Source: Phoronis australis (lineage: Eukaryota > Animalia > Phoronida). From it: a DNA stretch of 64,000 bases. The translations under genes and the position numbers were made by a program. The notes under the pieces are model-generated. The model was not told the origin of the DNA and did not search any database. It saw only the letters and a list, made by a program, of their open reading frames with translations. Location of the stretch: contig NMRA01000351.1 in the NCBI GenBank assembly GCA_002633005.1, forward strand, positions 297,258-361,257, given 5' to 3'. Below, piece by piece: positions 62,300 to 64,000 of this stretch (positions are counted from its first letter, which is position 1; the number at the start of each line of letters is the position of its first letter).

Positions 62300-63085
62300 A
62301 ATCCACCCGATTGGTATGTGTCAACCGCCCTGCCCGGCAGTGTCCCGGCGGTCAACAGTTACCTGCCGTGCATGTGTGCCTGCCAGAGTGTGAGCAAGTT
62401 GCACATGGCTTGAGTACATAGGCCTATTGCACTCTGCACACCAGCGACACCGTGGGATTCTTTTGTTCTTGTTTTTTGGGACTTTTCCGGGGCCAGTGTA
62501 AGCCTGAGTTATGTGGTGAGTTTTCAGTGAATTTTTTTCAGAGCGGTTGACTGACGGACGGGTCGCCGGTGCCAGTGTTTGTCTCTATACCCGCCCACCT
62601 GTCAACATTTTCAGGACATTGAATACCACCCACTGAGATGGACAACCCATAATTTAAATTTTCTGACCGTAACCATGCATGACCCATAAATTTTCAAGCA
62701 ACCCGCCATCCCCCCGAGCACCGACGTTCCGCGGGAACAGCCCGGCCCGGCCAGTAACAGCATTTTGGAGAACTGTGAATAAGGCCGGTGCTGAAAATTT
62801 CGCGCCCCGGCGTTGGGGCTTGAGGAAGGAGGGAGATGGGGAGGAGGGACTCCGCCGTAATAAGGCCGTGGCCGAGCCGCGGCATGCAGCCAGGGGCCTG
62901 CCCATGGCCGCATTAAAGCTTCGGTTCAGCCAACTTTTCCGGCAGACGCCGGTGAGCGGGGGCCTCGGACTCGGCCGGCGAGGACTTGTACTGCCGGAGC
63001 CCAGGACTGGCAAGTGCTGACATCTGTTGATGTTACCCGAAGAAAACCCGGAACTCTTCGTCACGTGATATACTACTTGTTCAAG
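62300..63085 (+). promoter_or_regulatory. CpG/GC-rich region and proximal promoter of PLEKHF2, with ETS-like CCGGAA and CLEAR-like GTCACGTGA
   Basis: Clearly GC/CpG-rich compared with its flanks; CCGGAA at ~63048 and GTCACGTGA at 63060-63068, 17 nt before the ATG at 63086. Confidence 0.5.
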
Positions 63086-63914
63086 ATGGTGGACAGGCTA
63101 GGTAGGTGTTCACATTTTTGTAACTCGGATAACTTGTGAATAATAACAACATATTTAGAATTAAATTGATCAAAGGTTCCGTATGGTAACACCATTCGCG
63201 TGTTCCAATAGTCTCTAAAATTACGTGTTAAAGCGTCCGAATGACAGCGGTATAGGTGGCGTGTGGAGAGCAAAGCAGAGAAAACCTGATGCGCCTACGA
63301 CGCCTACGTAATCAATGTTATTGACAAGTCAGAGCCAGGGCAGTGTCTTTTGGACGAAAGTTTTACTCCCTAAATCAAAATTTACTTTAAGGTGATAATC
63401 TAATCTATTGATCCCTTCACTATTCCTTACTAAAATGTTCTAGTGACAGTGTAAATAGTCGAGACTCGAGTGTCTGGTGTAATACACAACCATATTTTAG
63501 AAAAGAATGTTTTTTTTACTTGATTGATGTGTCATTGAGACTCTCTGGGGGAGGTAGAACAGGCGTATGGGACTTACCCCTCTAAAGGGTGACTTTTTCA
63601 CCACCAGTTTCCTTACTTTAAACAATTTTGTGTGGTTTCCTTTTAGGTTTTCACCATTTCTGTAATTTTGATGAAATGAAACAAAATGGGACAATATGTC
63701 AATAGTTTTTGAAAACAACAGCTGTACATTATTCAGTAGTGTTGGATTACATCTAGCAAACACTGCAGTTCTTGACACACCTTTAGGTTGTTGTGAAAAC
63801 TATTTTTTTCAGTATTTTGCATACCATGTTCCTTTTTCTTCTATTTCAGTCAACAGTGAAGCAAATAAGAAACGCGTAGCATTTGTTGAACAATGCTTTG
63901 GGACATCAGGACAG
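63086..63914 (+). CDS. PLEKHF2: Pleckstrin homology and FYVE domain protein 2 (Phafin2 / rush hour), exons 1-2; gene continues beyond the window
   Basis: Exon 63086-63101 (ATGGTGGACAGGCTAG, donor gtaggt) plus exon 63850-63914 (donor gtaaga) give MVDRLVNSEANKKRVAFVEQCFGTSGQ, matching the conserved Phafin2 N-terminus MVDRL.NSEAN.RRI..VE.CFG..G. Confidence 0.9.
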
Positions 63915-64000
63915 GTAAGAATTTTTTAATTCAATATATAATTCAGTTCAAATAGAATCGCCAGTAGGCTGTTTTCAAGCACAGTTTGACAAATTTTTAA

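Noticed and set aside
62611-63064. Overlapping GC-rich ORFs of 100-136 aa
   Set aside because: Low stop-codon density in a GC-rich region; no recognisable domain or splice structure.

Overview
AT-rich, intron-containing invertebrate animal genomic DNA (abundant TACATGTA motifs and MITEs; a few N gaps). I could splice five protein-coding genes by hand using GT-AG junctions in consistent phase. (1) A complete 11-exon atypical, Gyc88E-type soluble guanylate cyclase (+, 90-26154, ~713 aa) with an O2-type distal Tyr in its H-NOX domain and a C-terminal CaaX box (CKIL). (2) A ~657-aa protein with a strongly divergent forkhead domain split over three exons (+, ~30683-42813); its recognition helix reads WRSSIRHALYQ instead of WQNSIRHNLSL. 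(3) Mitochondrial 3-ketoacyl-CoA thiolase ACAA2 (-, 44273-56428, 10 exons). (4) RNASEK / V-ATPase subunit f (+, 56610-58867), head-to-head with ACAA2 and only 181 bp apart; its intron is almost entirely two tandem fold-back elements. (5) The first two exons of PLEKHF2/Phafin2 (+, from 63086). The introns hold a decayed Gypsy retrotransposon with integrase before RT (Gmr1-like order), several non-autonomous DNA transposon families with 5-bp, 4-bp and 3-bp TSDs, a tRNA-derived SINE, a Helentron/HINE-like element and minisatellites. Most of the short ORFs supplied are non-coding. Family assignments rest on recalled motifs; no database search was run.
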